This document shows, one piece after another, positions 12,831-25,196 of a stretch of 64,000 nt of DNA. Source of the DNA: Marsupella aquatica. Lineage: Eukaryota > Plantae > Marchantiophyta. Position 1 is the first letter of the stretch; each line of letters opens with the position of its first letter. The stretch is from contig OZ316892.1 in assembly GCA_973895155.1 (NCBI GenBank), positions 11,596,238-11,660,237 of the forward strand. Direction: 5' to 3'. The notes beneath the pieces were generated by a model that worked only from the letters and a program-made list of their open reading frames with translations, had not been told where the DNA came from and ran no database searches. The position numbers and the translations under genes were made by a program.

Positions 12831-15800
12831 CTAGAATTTCAAATCGTCAGAAACAGCTGATGGTATACAGTGTGTGGCAAGAATGTCAATGGTCGCAGCT
12901 TTTGCTGTCTTTGTTTCCAACACCACAATCTGCACAACAGTTACTAGGTGTGATAAGTAACACATTATCACATGGATAATCTTGGCCAACAGGAACCAAC
13001 AACTCACAACCAGTCGTGTTACTCGACAGGTTGATTACAACAATGCAGATATGCCACTAAATAATGGGGCAGGGGTTAGAAATAGAAGAACCTGTTGATA
13101 CTCCAGATCGAAGCGAAGAAACTGTTCTTCACAATTTTCCACCATTTTTGCCAAGTGCTTCAAATTCCGCACAGGAGTTCCATTGAACGCAAGAATCTGA
13201 ACCGTCAATTCAATGGTTCAATTCATGAGATGTCGAAGATTATAAATCAGAACTGATGATTCCGAAAGCCTTCCTAGAGAACGATTCCAAGATTCTGAAT
13301 CCTTAAAAGTTACATATCCTGTTCATCGTAGTCAATAAATGGCAAACCAAGCTATTTGAGGTTGATTCACAGACACTGAAGAAATCTAGCTTCACTTTGT
13401 TTCATGCCTTGACCATCTATAAAGTATTTGCAGCATAAATGAGCTGGCCTCATTACCTGCGTGTTAACAATGTCTTCATAACCTATATTGATATCAGAAA
13501 CCAAGACCTGCATCAATAAGCAGATGAGGAATGGCTCACTCGAAAACTGGAGTTTCTGAAGATACGGTTGCCAATAATGTACAATATCACAGGCGTCATC
13601 CTTTCGAAAACAATATAAAGATACAAAATTCGAAATGTGCACAAGATTTGCAATGCATATCAAGACAACAGAGAATAACTCGAAATGAATTACTCCATCT
13701 AACCAGACCTAAGACCGTAAAACAATCATCTTGCTCTCTCACCCTTACAAAAGTTTCTGAACAAATACTAAAAACTGCCATATATCACGGGTTAGATATC
13801 TGACCTGTGAAACTACAACGAGTTGCTCCTCTTCTGTTTGAGCCATTGAATGTAGCAACTTATCCAGTAGCTTAACAGGAGAATCATAGTCATAATCTTT
13901 GCCATACTGCACCCCACCAAAGCAGGCAAGTTTGAGGTTTGTGAAGAAATATATTTCTTTGTACTTGCAGGCGGCACCCTGTGATTGAGAATAAACATGT
14001 TTCTTACTACTGCTTTGGGGATAGTTAGTATGTCAGCTCTTAGTTGCTTATCTAGCTGACAAAACCATGGTGATGGATAGATCCTGGTTCATAGTCTGGC
14101 AAAACTCAGAGCCAAGCTGCCACCCATCAGGTCCCATTCTACGATACGCCTATTGCATATGTGTCAGTAAGATATATCTTTCAAGAAACTTTCACAAGCA
14201 CAAAAAGGTGACCATTAGTGCCGACCCCCTACAATAAGGGTCTGCCCTGATACTTGCACAAAACTTCAAGCAATAGGATATCAAGGTACCCCATCACAAA
14301 GTAGCTGACTGACTACAGATAGTTCCCATAATTTGCCTCCTCTTAACCGTCTTGCAAAGCTTGTGTTTTCAATAGCATCGAGCTCATTAAGTACTACTAT
14401 TGGTAATAACCTTCGGGCAATGAGTGACAGCAAATCAATTGGACCTTCGAGGCATGGTAATTATGCTCACCTCAGATCGAAGATATGGCACTGATACGGC
14501 AGCAAACACAATTCCTGCAATGATGTAATATGAGGGAGGCTTGCCCTTTATATGGGCTGGGACGAGACGTTTTTGGTTGGCCAGCTCAATATCGAACTCC
14601 TTGATTTTGGCACCCCTAAGAATCTTGACGTGCGCATTCTCGCCAGTGTACTTCTGAGAGACAAGATAACTAAAACTGATCCGTTCTCCATGCCTGAAAG
14701 GAACTGCAGCCAGAGATATATTCAGAATAGCTTCACCAAACCTAAACAGTACATTTTAGCTGCCTAATCAATTGTTACGTGATGCGGACAGCCCTCAGCT
14801 GGATGTCCCTGGGTCTTAGGCTCATACCTGCCAACAGCAGTTCGAACCACGTAATATGAAAGTCGAACGGTATTAACCCTCCAGAGCACACTCTACGAAG
14901 CTAACTTTCATTGATCTAGCTTAGCTATGAGGGTGGAACATGAGACCTTCACTTGGAAACCTGGACCGTCATTCCAAAGATCTCACAATATGAATTTGCT
15001 AATCAGAGATCGGAAACACGAATACTTTCCCCAAACCAAGGTCCACCTTTAAAAAAGTCATAACCCTCCTTGCCCACATACAAGCTCCTTAACATCTTAC
15101 TCAGACACTACTTACGGAGCGACAGTAGAAACACAAGCACCTGTTCCATCATTCGCAATATCAATGTTATCAAAGCTGAGAACGATGTCTGATGATTGCA
15201 GTTGTTTTGCGGCTGGGGCAGTCGGCTCCACTCTGCGGATTCGGACTCCTTTTTGAGTTGGCTTCATACCCAGAGCTTTCCTCAAGTCAGGGTTCTCCAT
15301 CTTTTGCCATTCAATGCCTAATATTGGAAACCCTACAAGCACATAGGATAGGTTGCTGTTTAGAATGAATGATGTAGCCCAAGAGCATGGTCCCTTGTTC
15401 TTATGGACTATGATACTGAGAAAAATTCATAGAATTGACAAAGTTATCTTTTTGCCCTGAACAATTGTCAATCTATCTCATTTTCCAGACACAGATGGTA
15501 GATTACTACTGAATTGCTTCCGTGATAGTCCCAGACAAATCATATCTACTTGAAGTCTCTTTTCTGTACGAATTTTCAATTGTCATTTAGGGTTTCCGCC
15601 AAGGGTTCCAGCTGTATCGAGAGCGAAGACCAACTTAGAGGTTCCACTAACTTGTCAAAGAAAGAGCAAACACCAAATTAGCTTGTAGTTTTGTAGAGTC
15701 TGTAGGGGTAAATGCAAAACAGAACAAGCCACCTTTCGAAGCTCAACGCTGCCATATCACCAAGACATCTAGTGTAAGAGATGAAAGAGGGTGAAGTCAT

Positions 15801-18093
15801 CAAAATTTAACGTTGCCGTACAGCTAAAAAATCCGAGATCAAGAGAACTCTAGTCCTGCGCCCCAACCTACAAGTAAGGTCAGTCTTCAGCCACTGCACT
15901 TAATCTTGAAAAATCAATTCCTGCTCTTGTGTTTCACGTAGCTTCATTTAGGAATCCTAATCTTCAGTAGAAATAGGGGAGGGAGGTAAGTGCTGCAGCA
16001 GTTGCAAGGGGGACTCTGGTATTACTGGTTTCTTCTCTTTAATATTGGCCAGGGGGAAACTTTGTCATGGATTACTCCGCGGAGGTTAGAGAAACCGTCC
16101 GTACCTGTATAATCTCCTGTGCGCTCATAATCCGTGATGAAGTGAGTGATGACAGGGGTAGGTATTACATAACCGATGTTCTCAGCATCCTCGTGCTTCA
16201 GTGATTGAAACGCAATGCCAACACATTGTCCTCTATCATTGAAAGCAGGCCCCCCTGAGTTGCCTGCATTAATCGCTGCATCAATCTGAGGAAAGACAAC
16301 ATTTCGATAGCAGTTAGGTTAGTTCCTGTTGCTGCCATCCCAACTTCAATATCATGGTGGTGATTAGTTGACATAACTCCAACGTTACTTTCAAACAAGG
16401 ACAATGCCCCGCCAAATCTACGCATGGACATACGATACAAACACAGACGCACTCCTTGTTGCAGTTCCCGATGTAGCGATTAATACCACAAGGAAAAGGT
16501 TGTGGACTTGCCTGTACACCCAGCAACTCAGTCGCACCATGCACATAGGAAGTGACTTCAATGCGAGACACAACACCACTAGTAACAGAGATCGTGTCCC
16601 CACCGATCGGGTATCCAACCACAGTGACTGCATCTTGCAACCTTGGCAATGAACCGAACATGACTGGTGTGACATCTTCCCAAAACTCATCATTGCTGAC
16701 CGTCAACATAGCTACACAAAAAAAGTAGCAACAGATATCACTGCTTTGTACTCCCCAATCAAACATGGACTCCCTAACGGAGAAGACCAGCTTTGTGAAC
16801 AGTTCGAGCCACAACTCTATGGCTAACAATAGCAAGAACATTGCAAGCTGCGGATTTGAGCCGAGGACAGAAACAAGTGGACATGCCAACAAATAACGAA
16901 TAAAAGTTGAAACAAGTCGACTGGAAGGTCAAAAAAGTGAGACAAACGTTCCCAGGTGAAATAATACCCGACTTGTAAATCATCTGTCATACTTCTTGTC
17001 CTATAATCCTGTTACTATCAGAAGAAACATGTAAGACAACCGGGAAGAGAGTAGGAAGAAAATCTTTCAGAGCCAATTTTCATCTGGATATCTGTGGCTA
17101 GTCAGACATGAAGGGGGACTTTCGAGCCAGCTGAGAGCAGAAATTCAGAAGCCAGTACAAACACATATAAAAACTATTCATTGGGTGTTGGGTGTTCCGC
17201 ATTCCGGAGAGTCTTGAGAATCATTGCATGAATCTCGACGGCAGATAAAAATAATCACTGCAAAGTGACCTCTTAGCTAATACGAAGAGGAACGAAGAAC
17301 TCCTATGAGAGGTAACAGTATTAGAAAAAGACACGCCTCAAACGTGGATGACTTTAAGCAAGAAAGAAGGTGCATCAACAAGGAAATATGTACCAATATC
17401 GCATTCTGTGCCGATGGCTAGAACAGTGGCCAAATATTTGGTATCAGAACCGCGCTTCTTCACTTTAACTTGGGTGTGGTGCTCCACGGAGTGTGCATTG
17501 GTCAACACACGTCTATCACTAATGATAAAACCGCTACTGTTGGAGCTAAATTGGCGCTTGCGCTGCCAGGGCAATGAGAAGTTGGGCTCCGTATGCACAC
17601 AAAACACCTTCACAACTGCATCCATGAACGGCGCATCTTTCACGTCGTCTAGGCCATTTTCTGCTTCGTAGCCGCTATGCCAAGGGGCATCAGATGCTAG
17701 ATGCAGTTTCGGAACAACAGGCTTTTTCGCTCTGCGTGCGGTCTTATCCTCGACCTCTAGGCTCCCACCTTCCACATCTTTTGCAATTGGATACTCTCTG
17801 TCAGCAAGTCCCCCACTTCCTCCACCTTGACCAGGGGTCTTCTTTAAGGGCACACCACGTTTTTGAGGTCGTCCACGTTGCCCCGTCCGCACCATGGGTA
17901 CCCTGTCTAGCATTTCCACATCGTCTGGTCCCTCAAAGCCAACAATTGCACTATGGGGATTTGTATCTGATGAAGGCGAGTTGTTGCCCACGCTACGTGC
18001 GGTTTGAGGAGCTAAAGCAGACGGAGATATAGGACCACCCATGGGCTTCGGATGTTTGGGGGGTCTCCCCCTCTTCCGTGGGGTGTGATCCAT
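12831..18093 (-). CDS. DEG9: Deg/HtrA serine protease, DEG9 (protease Do-like 9) type. Exons 18093-17394, 16711-16512, 16285-16105, 15332-15141, 14703-14471, 13906-13805, 13507-13457, 13196-13092, 12929-12831
   Basis: [24 protein letters not shown], catalytic triad motifs LTNAHSV / TECDIAML / [16 protein letters not shown] region [23 protein letters not shown], and C-terminal [47 protein letters not shown]. Splice phases are consistent. Confidence 0.93.
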
Positions 18094-18306
18094 GCTTGCC
18101 GTCTCTCGTCAAGGGAATAAATTCTTACGTGATTTGCCGCATCACCGCCAGGTTCACCTAAGTAGGGCCTCGATCCCTAAATCTCAACAACATCCAGGAG
18201 AGATGCCGTTACCTTCGCCGCTTTTATTCTGGGAGTACAAAATGAGAATAAGAGTTACGCAAGCTCCGATTGAAAAAACAGACTCATTTCTCCAGAAAGC
18301 TTTCGG

Positions 18307-18314
18307 AAACCCTA
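18307..18314 (+). promoter_or_regulatory. Telo-box (AAACCCTA) upstream of the DEG9 start codon
   Basis: Exact AAACCCTA about 215 bp 5' of the ATG. It is a known plant 5'-region motif, but short enough to occur by chance. Confidence 0.3.
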
Positions 18315-18349
18315 AACTCATTCGCCAACCCTCCCACAAACCCTCGAAT

Positions 18350-19008
18350 GAAACCGCAACGAATAATGCAGTACCTCAGAAACTTTCATCAGAAGGCTTT
18401 TGCATTCCGAGGCATAGACACGGCAATTCCAAAAAACGTGAAAAGGAATTTCTCCTCAAAACGAGCTGGGTAAGGTGAGGAAAGGTTAGCTGGTTGGCAT
18501 GTCTACCTCAACTTTCTGCTCTTCGCCAGTGGCCGAATCCGGACCAGCACAATTGCAGCAATTCGGGGCCTCATGCCCGAGTAGACTTTGCCATCGCTCG
18601 TGTGTCGTCGACGAGATGCCAAAAGACCGGTTGCTGCTGCTCCTCCTGCTGCTGCTGCTGCTGCTCCAAACTTGAAAACCTCCGGCAATAAAAAGCTTCA
18701 AAGGGAAACCACACGGAAAAATGCAATGCGTCTCACAAACTTTTCTCTAAAGAGGCGTTTGCATTCCGAGGCAAAGACACGACACTTCCACAAAACGGGC
18801 AAAGGAAATGTCTCCTCTAGACAAGCTGTTTCATCAGGGTAACGAGGTGAGGAAAGGTGGGTCAACTACAATCGCTGGTTGGTATGTCGACCTCCACCTT
18901 CTGCACTTCGCCAGTGGCCGAATCCGGACCGGTGCAAATCGCAGCAACGATGCGGAACCTCATGCCCGAATCGTAGACTTTGCCATCGTTGTGTCGTCGA
19001 CGTGATGG
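18350..19008. repeat. Direct duplication of the DEG9 5' region (~18350-18620 and ~18704-19008) separated by a (CTG)n tract
   Basis: Shared blocks ttgcattccgaggca.agacacg, aggtgaggaaaggt, cttcgccagtggccgaatccggacc, gtagactttgccatcg and tgtgtcgtcgacg occur in the same order in both copies. Confidence 0.9.
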
Positions 19009-19984
19009 CACAACATCGAATCCTTACGCTGTTCCACACTTTGGAAAGAAATCGAATTTTGAGCGTTGCTCCAAATCAATTATTAATAGTTGCATTGCAT
19101 GGATTTTACTTTAGGATGCTTTACCCTTTAAAAGACCTCATGAGACTTCTTTGGAGACTCCATTATTGACCATCCTCAAACAAACAAGGTTAGGGGCATA
19201 TTGAGAGTCTCTCCTTAATCTTCATTAAAAACTGTGTCCAGTCATATCTCCATTTATAGGGAGAAGAGTCACTAAAACAAGGTATGGGAATGAGTTTGCG
19301 CAGAAAAGGTGATGGCATTCAAGAGCACCAATCCGCAGGAACAAGTTGGAGTCTCCGCTGGAAATACTTTGGGGCCTTTAACTTGATCAAGCTCACTATG
19401 ATAGAAGACGCACTGAATACATTTCAAATTGTAAAATAGCCAAAAATGAGTTGTTCAAACATAATTGTCCTTTGGAAAGAGTTGGCAGTGTGAGTTGCCA
19501 TTAATACTAACTTGATTACAATGTCATTTTAGGCTTTGCTTAAACTCTCTAGTAGATGTCAAATAGAGGAAAGAATTTGTCCTCCAAATGTTTCATTTAA
19601 AACTTTTCAGAGTTGGTAAGACATTAATTCTTGGATCTAGAGTTATTAAGCAACCATAATTAATCTAGTTCCAGTGAGGTATTTGGTTAAGGTTAGATGT
19701 GAGTATATCTACTTAGTGGACCTCCAAATGCAACTTTTTCTCTTAATGGACCAAAAGATGAAGATTTCTATTGTAACAAACCCCATGTTTCAAGTTCTCT
19801 CTCAGTGTAAGTTTGGGTCCACCTCTGGGCCCACTTCATACAACCATGTTCTTGTCATTTACCGCATAGTTGAGCTGCTGCATGACTATGCAGCCTGATA
19901 ACACTGTGGTTGGTCCTGTGCAGGAACATGTTAGGTTATTGTGTAGTGCATTGATCACACAATCGCCCTAGCCCCTGGCCACAA

Positions 19985-20500
19985 CGGAGCACCCAAACGC
20001 CATAGTGCTGCAGCCTCCTAGTGTGGTTGAATATATTGTGGCTATTGTATTCAAACTACAGCTGAAGAATCGTACGGACGCATCAGAGCACCCGAGCACA
20101 ATAACACGGCCTCCCAGCTTGGTTGAATACATTGTGGCTATTGTATTCAAACTACAAATGAAAGATCTCACAGTTACATCAGAACACCCAAGTTAGTGCT
20201 CTGGCGCCGGCGGTACCCAACTTGGTTGAATACATTGTGGTTATTGTATTCAAACTACAAAGAAATAACCTTATGGACTCATCAGAGCACCCGAGCACCT
20301 TAGTGCGGCCTCCCAGCTTGATTGAATACATTGTGGCTATTTTATTCAAACTACAAATGAAATATCTTACGATTACATCTAAACACCCAAGTGTCGTAGC
20401 GCCAATTCCCAACTTGGTTGAATACATTGTGGCTATTGTATTCAAACTCAAAAGAAAGAGTTTATGGTCACATAGAAGCACCCATGCACCATAGTGCTCC
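19985..20500. repeat. Tandem array of ~96-bp period: five hairpin cores with semi-variable linkers
   Basis: Core TTGAATACATTGTGGCTATTGTATTCAAACT starts at 20027, 20123, 20226, 20322 and 20418 (spacing 96, 103, 96, 96). Confidence 0.92.
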
Positions 20501-22009
20501 CAACCTCAGTGCTTTCTTGAAGACAATGTGAATATTTTATAAATAAATTCAAAGTAGTTTTTTTGAATCAAATGTGTCAGCCCTTTATGAACCATGTTGG
20601 GAACCTGTTTTGTTCTCATTGTTTTAGTTCATTTTTGACATTTTCTAGTGCAACCTGTTCTATTGTTCTTGCTTGTGTTCTTGCTATGGCTATCCTTCAA
20701 GATGTGTGAATTGCAATGGAGGGGACAGACTACATCATTGGGCCAATCCAGGTTATGCTTGCAATTTGGCAGGTCTTAGTCTGAGTACATTGATTTGTTC
20801 ATAATGTTTTCTTTTGTATTCAATATATGCGCCTATCTATTTTGACCCTAGGCCTCTAACTATGTGCATACAGTATCGTCAATGTATACAAGTTCTAACT
20901 ACGATGCTTCATATCATGCTACGGCTGCATGGCAAACGCTTCATGCACTTGACACTGCAATGTAGTTGAGCTCGATTGGCAAAGTGGTCAAACAAACACC
21001 CAGCAACCATAGAACATCTTCAGTTGCATTTTACAGTACTTTTCTCGAGTTATAAGGATTGCAAATCGTGTTATAAGAACTTCTGACACTAAATTGTACT
21101 TCTGGTTGGCCCAAAGGTCCACTGGGAAAGAAAATCAATCTTTTGCTCTATCAAGAGAGAAAGTTGTGTTTGGAGGTCCACTAAGTATATTTTTTGTATG
21201 GTGTGCTACCAGTATATTTGCTGGCAGGACTTGGTTAGTGGTGGATCTTGGGCTCATTGTTACAATTATCTAGGAGATAGGGACAGTTCACTCTATGGAG
21301 ACTTGGTATGGTCAACAATGATCATTTCTGTCCGATCTTGGTTTCTAGTTTCAATTTCAACGGTTGGATTCAACGGTAGCCAGGGAATATGTCAAGACCG
21401 ACTAGTTATAATATTTGGTTCATATTGAAGTCAAGAAGTTCAGCCAGCGCCTATCTCAAGACCCAACTACCTCACATGACTTTGAAAGCCATGACAATAT
21501 TACCCAGGAACATCTTTATCGTATATTTCTTCAAGTGGACTTCTCAAAAATTTATCTGATGTAAGGTTATATTTTATATCATCCCATTTATGTTCTGGCA
21601 TGGTTTGTACATTTCAAAATGCAAGAAAATCATTTTTATTTATGAATTAAGCTTCTTGGAATGTGTACTGCCCTCATATTGGAACTTTAAGGGCAAAGTG
21701 TTCTTCCAAGGCGGCTCTCGGCTTAGGGGGCTACTGCATGATTATTGATGGTAAGAGCAAATCATTTACTAGTAAACTTTCCTTGACCTAGCATCTTGGA
21801 GATTTTGGGGGACTTTACAATAGTGACCAGACCTACTTTTTCTAGATATAGATTTCATCCCAGCCATTAGCTTATAGTTTACCGTGCCTGGTCATTCTTG
21901 ATTGAAGAAGACTTGTGGCTGCTGTTTCAGCTCTGATTTCCTCAAGCCCACATGGCAATTGATGGGTCCCAATGCATATAAGGGTGAATCTTTCCATGCA
22001 TAGTGTTCT

Positions 22010-22380
22010 TGTGGCCAAAGTTTTCTGACCCCCTTCTCTTGGAATGCATTGATGACATTCCCTACACAAGCCCCTTGGGCAGTCTCAGGCCTGGAAGTGT
22101 ATAGTGGTTTTGTGGCCAGAGTTTAGACTGGCTTGCAAGGTGGTCTAAACTTCTGACCCCTTTCTCTTGGAATGCATTCATGACATCCCCACACAGGCCC
22201 CTAGGTCAGTCTCAGGCCTGGAAGTGTAGAGTGTTTTTGTAGCCAAAGTTTAGACAGGCTTGCAAGGTGGTCTAAATTTCTGTCCCCTTTCTCCTTGGAA
22301 TGCACTGATCACATTCCCCACACAGCTCCTTGGTCAGTCTCCAGTCTGTCTGGAAGTCAGTGAGTCCTAGGCCTGGAAGT
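22010..22380. repeat. Tandem repeat, ~128-bp unit, ~3 copies
   Basis: ttctg(a/t)cccc..ctcttggaatgca.t.at.acat.ccc..cagtctc(a)ggcctggaagt at ~22023, 22151 and 22278. Confidence 0.88.
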
Positions 22381-23412
22381 CTACATTTGGTATAGGCTAA
22401 AAAGTGGCCTACTTGTTTTGGTCCAGGAAAACTCACGCTGTCATCCAGCTAGTTCTTGTAAAGTGCCCCTGAGCTTAGCTCTCCCACTCTACGCCCCGTC
22501 AAGTGCCCATGAGCTTGTTCTTGTTAAGTATTCTTAAAGTCGCCGCTTAATTAGCTCTTCAAATTTGGGACAAGGCAAATGCGTCCATGAGCTCGTTCTT
22601 GTCAAGCGCTCCTGAACACTCTGTTTGAGGACGCCAAAATGCTTTCTCGAGAGCTACTTGGTGACTCAATTGAGGAGCCTTTCAAGCGCGTTAACGATGG
22701 TGGAATGTCGAAAACTGAAACTCGACAAATCAACCATGGTACCGAAAAGGAGGTTAAGGAATTCCTCAAACTCGAAGAAAACGTGGTCTGTTCCTCATTG
22801 ATCAAATATTACTTAGAAACAAGATGAAATTTTTTAATTTGTAGCTTTACTCGAATGGCTTTTTTGATCTTCATCTCAACTGGTCAAGGTCAAGATGGAG
22901 ATTTTAATTTGTAGATTTACGAGATCTCAAACGGCCAAGCCCTCGATTGTGGAAAGGTTTAAAGAAAATGGGGAACAACGCTGTCACACGCTGGTTGAAG
23001 AGAAAATGGGCATAATTGTCAGACTTCCCCAATTCTGCATTGCAGATTAATCTGTATAAGCTCCAATCTCTTGTGACAATACTCCGGTTCCCTCGTTATC
23101 CTTCATCCATAGTAGCTATCTTAAAAGACTCTAAGTTAGCCCGTCGGGAAGTTTCCCCCAATGGCCTCACCTCGAAAACCTAGCTTATCCGTAGAATCGA
23201 CTGCAGCAAAGAAGATCACATAAGCGACACTTAGAACCAATACCGTTTCTCGCCTAACAGAGTTCAATACTTTAAACGTGCAAGCCTAGCAATTCCCCAA
23301 GGAAATCTCTAATGTCGAGACACTCACACATCAGATGCCATTAGAGACAGCTAACTTCCAAAATTTGATCCAAAAAAATAATGTTCTCAAAAGCAGAGGA
23401 TTTGATACATTG

Positions 23413-23810
23413 GGTAGCTACAAGGCAGCGACAAAGCATCGTCGTCGCACAATAGTAGTATGCTAGTACTCGCCCAGGATCTGATACTTATGGTAACTAC
23501 AAAGCAGCGACAAAGCATCGTCGTCGCACAATTGCAATATAATCGTACGAACCGACCTTCATCACCATTTGTAGGAGATGAAATCAAGATTAGATATTAC
23601 GACGAATCAAAAATGGAGATCACTAAGATGAGTCTGTCATGGCCTTGTTTGGAAGTCTTGGCTTACACGTTGTCGGCAGCTGCCTTCGGGTCCTATTGAG
23701 TTCGAGTCGCCACACAAAATCAACCGAGCACAAGGTGCTCATTTTCATAGTCGGCAGTTGCATTCGGATCCTACTTAGTTTGAGTTGCCACACAAAACCA
23801 TCCGAGGACA
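23413..23810. repeat. Two short local duplications
   Basis: gcagcgacaaagcatcgtcgtcgcacaat twice (~23425, ~23503); gtcggcag.tgc.ttcgg.tccta...gccacacaaaa twice (~23672, ~23750). Confidence 0.75.
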
Positions 23811-25196
23811 TGGTGCCCATTTTCGATGCCGCGCGTAATCCAATTCATTCCAATTCGAAAACCAGCTTCCACATAAGGCCGAATCCACTCACAGAACTTC
23901 CCGCAGCTACATCTTATTCCCCACTTGAAACCACTCTTTTGAAAATGGACTCAATGCCAAAGACAGAACACAAAGGCCGGACACACATTGTAGGTCCTAC
24001 ACGTCCCACTTTACAGTAGCTTACATCAACAACAGATCCAATGTGGTAGCCAGATCATGGCAAGTCCAAGAATTTGTTTTTACTACGGACCCACAAACAC
24101 ATAAAGACTGGCAAGAGATAGGTCGCGGAATGACTTGAGAGCTGAATAAGCAAATGAGGGACAACCAGTAGCAGTAAGAATCGTGATTCGCGGGTGATGA
24201 ACGCTGTGAACCATGGCACAGGAACCTGGCACAATCTTGATCACACCCCTCTCGGTCCCCATCAGGTCATGAGTATCCTAAGATTTTGCGCCTGTGAGTG
24301 ATCATTTGAGTTATGAATTTACCATCACGCAGAACACTCGAACACACTCGAACACGTTCTGCGAGACATCACGTAGACGATGCTGCTGTCAGACAACTTT
24401 CAATTGCGGTCGTAGTGAGGGGTCGATGATCTACACCTCGCGGTGCTTACACCTCTCGCCAATCAAAGTGATGGTCTGTCGCCTTGTATGAGAACTTGTA
24501 CACCGAAAGATTTTCCGCTTAGATGCTATTGGCAGTTCTTCCACACCAATTGGTCCACCATAGGTTGACCCAATCCCAGTCCTCTACTTTAGTGGCCCGA
24601 AATGTCTCCCGTAAGCTGTCGGCAACTCTGATACGAGGAAATAACAGTTATACTGTTATTAGCCATCCTAGGACTGAAAGGGCTACTGGTGTACGTTTGT
24701 TGCCGCTTCGTGCAGAACAAGATTGAAGTAACTTTAGCAAGGGCATCAACTAGCGTAAAGCGGCCGATTCATTAGTTTCACAGGCGAGACAGAACACTGA
24801 TTTGCCGCTCCAGCTCTTTCCTCCTAACGGTGTTCGCTACAGTAGTTGGCCCCCCTATGGATGAAGAACGGCAGGGGAGCACCTAGGAAACCAGAAGCTG
24901 GCTACTCTCTCGACTGGGCGAAACCCAAACCGACGAGCCACCTCTCTGTATGAAAATAGTCCATACCGCAGCTTCCTTCCAGTGGAGCGAGACGGCACCC
25001 AACCAAGAGTGTCTTGGCTTTATGGCATTCAGACTCGACCTTCCTATGCGAAGTACCCTTCAGTGAAGTACACTGATGATGCAAAATCCAACGAGAGGGC
25101 TCATGCATACGCCCAAATAACTTGTTTGCACGTTCGTTGCTGCTTCTTGATAGTAAACTCACATATACCCAGAAAGGCAATCTTATTATAACCGAC

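Noticed and set aside
19985-20500. True CRISPR array
   Set aside because: Linkers are homologous to each other in an A/B alternation rather than unique spacers, no cas genes are present, and the context is a plant nucleus.
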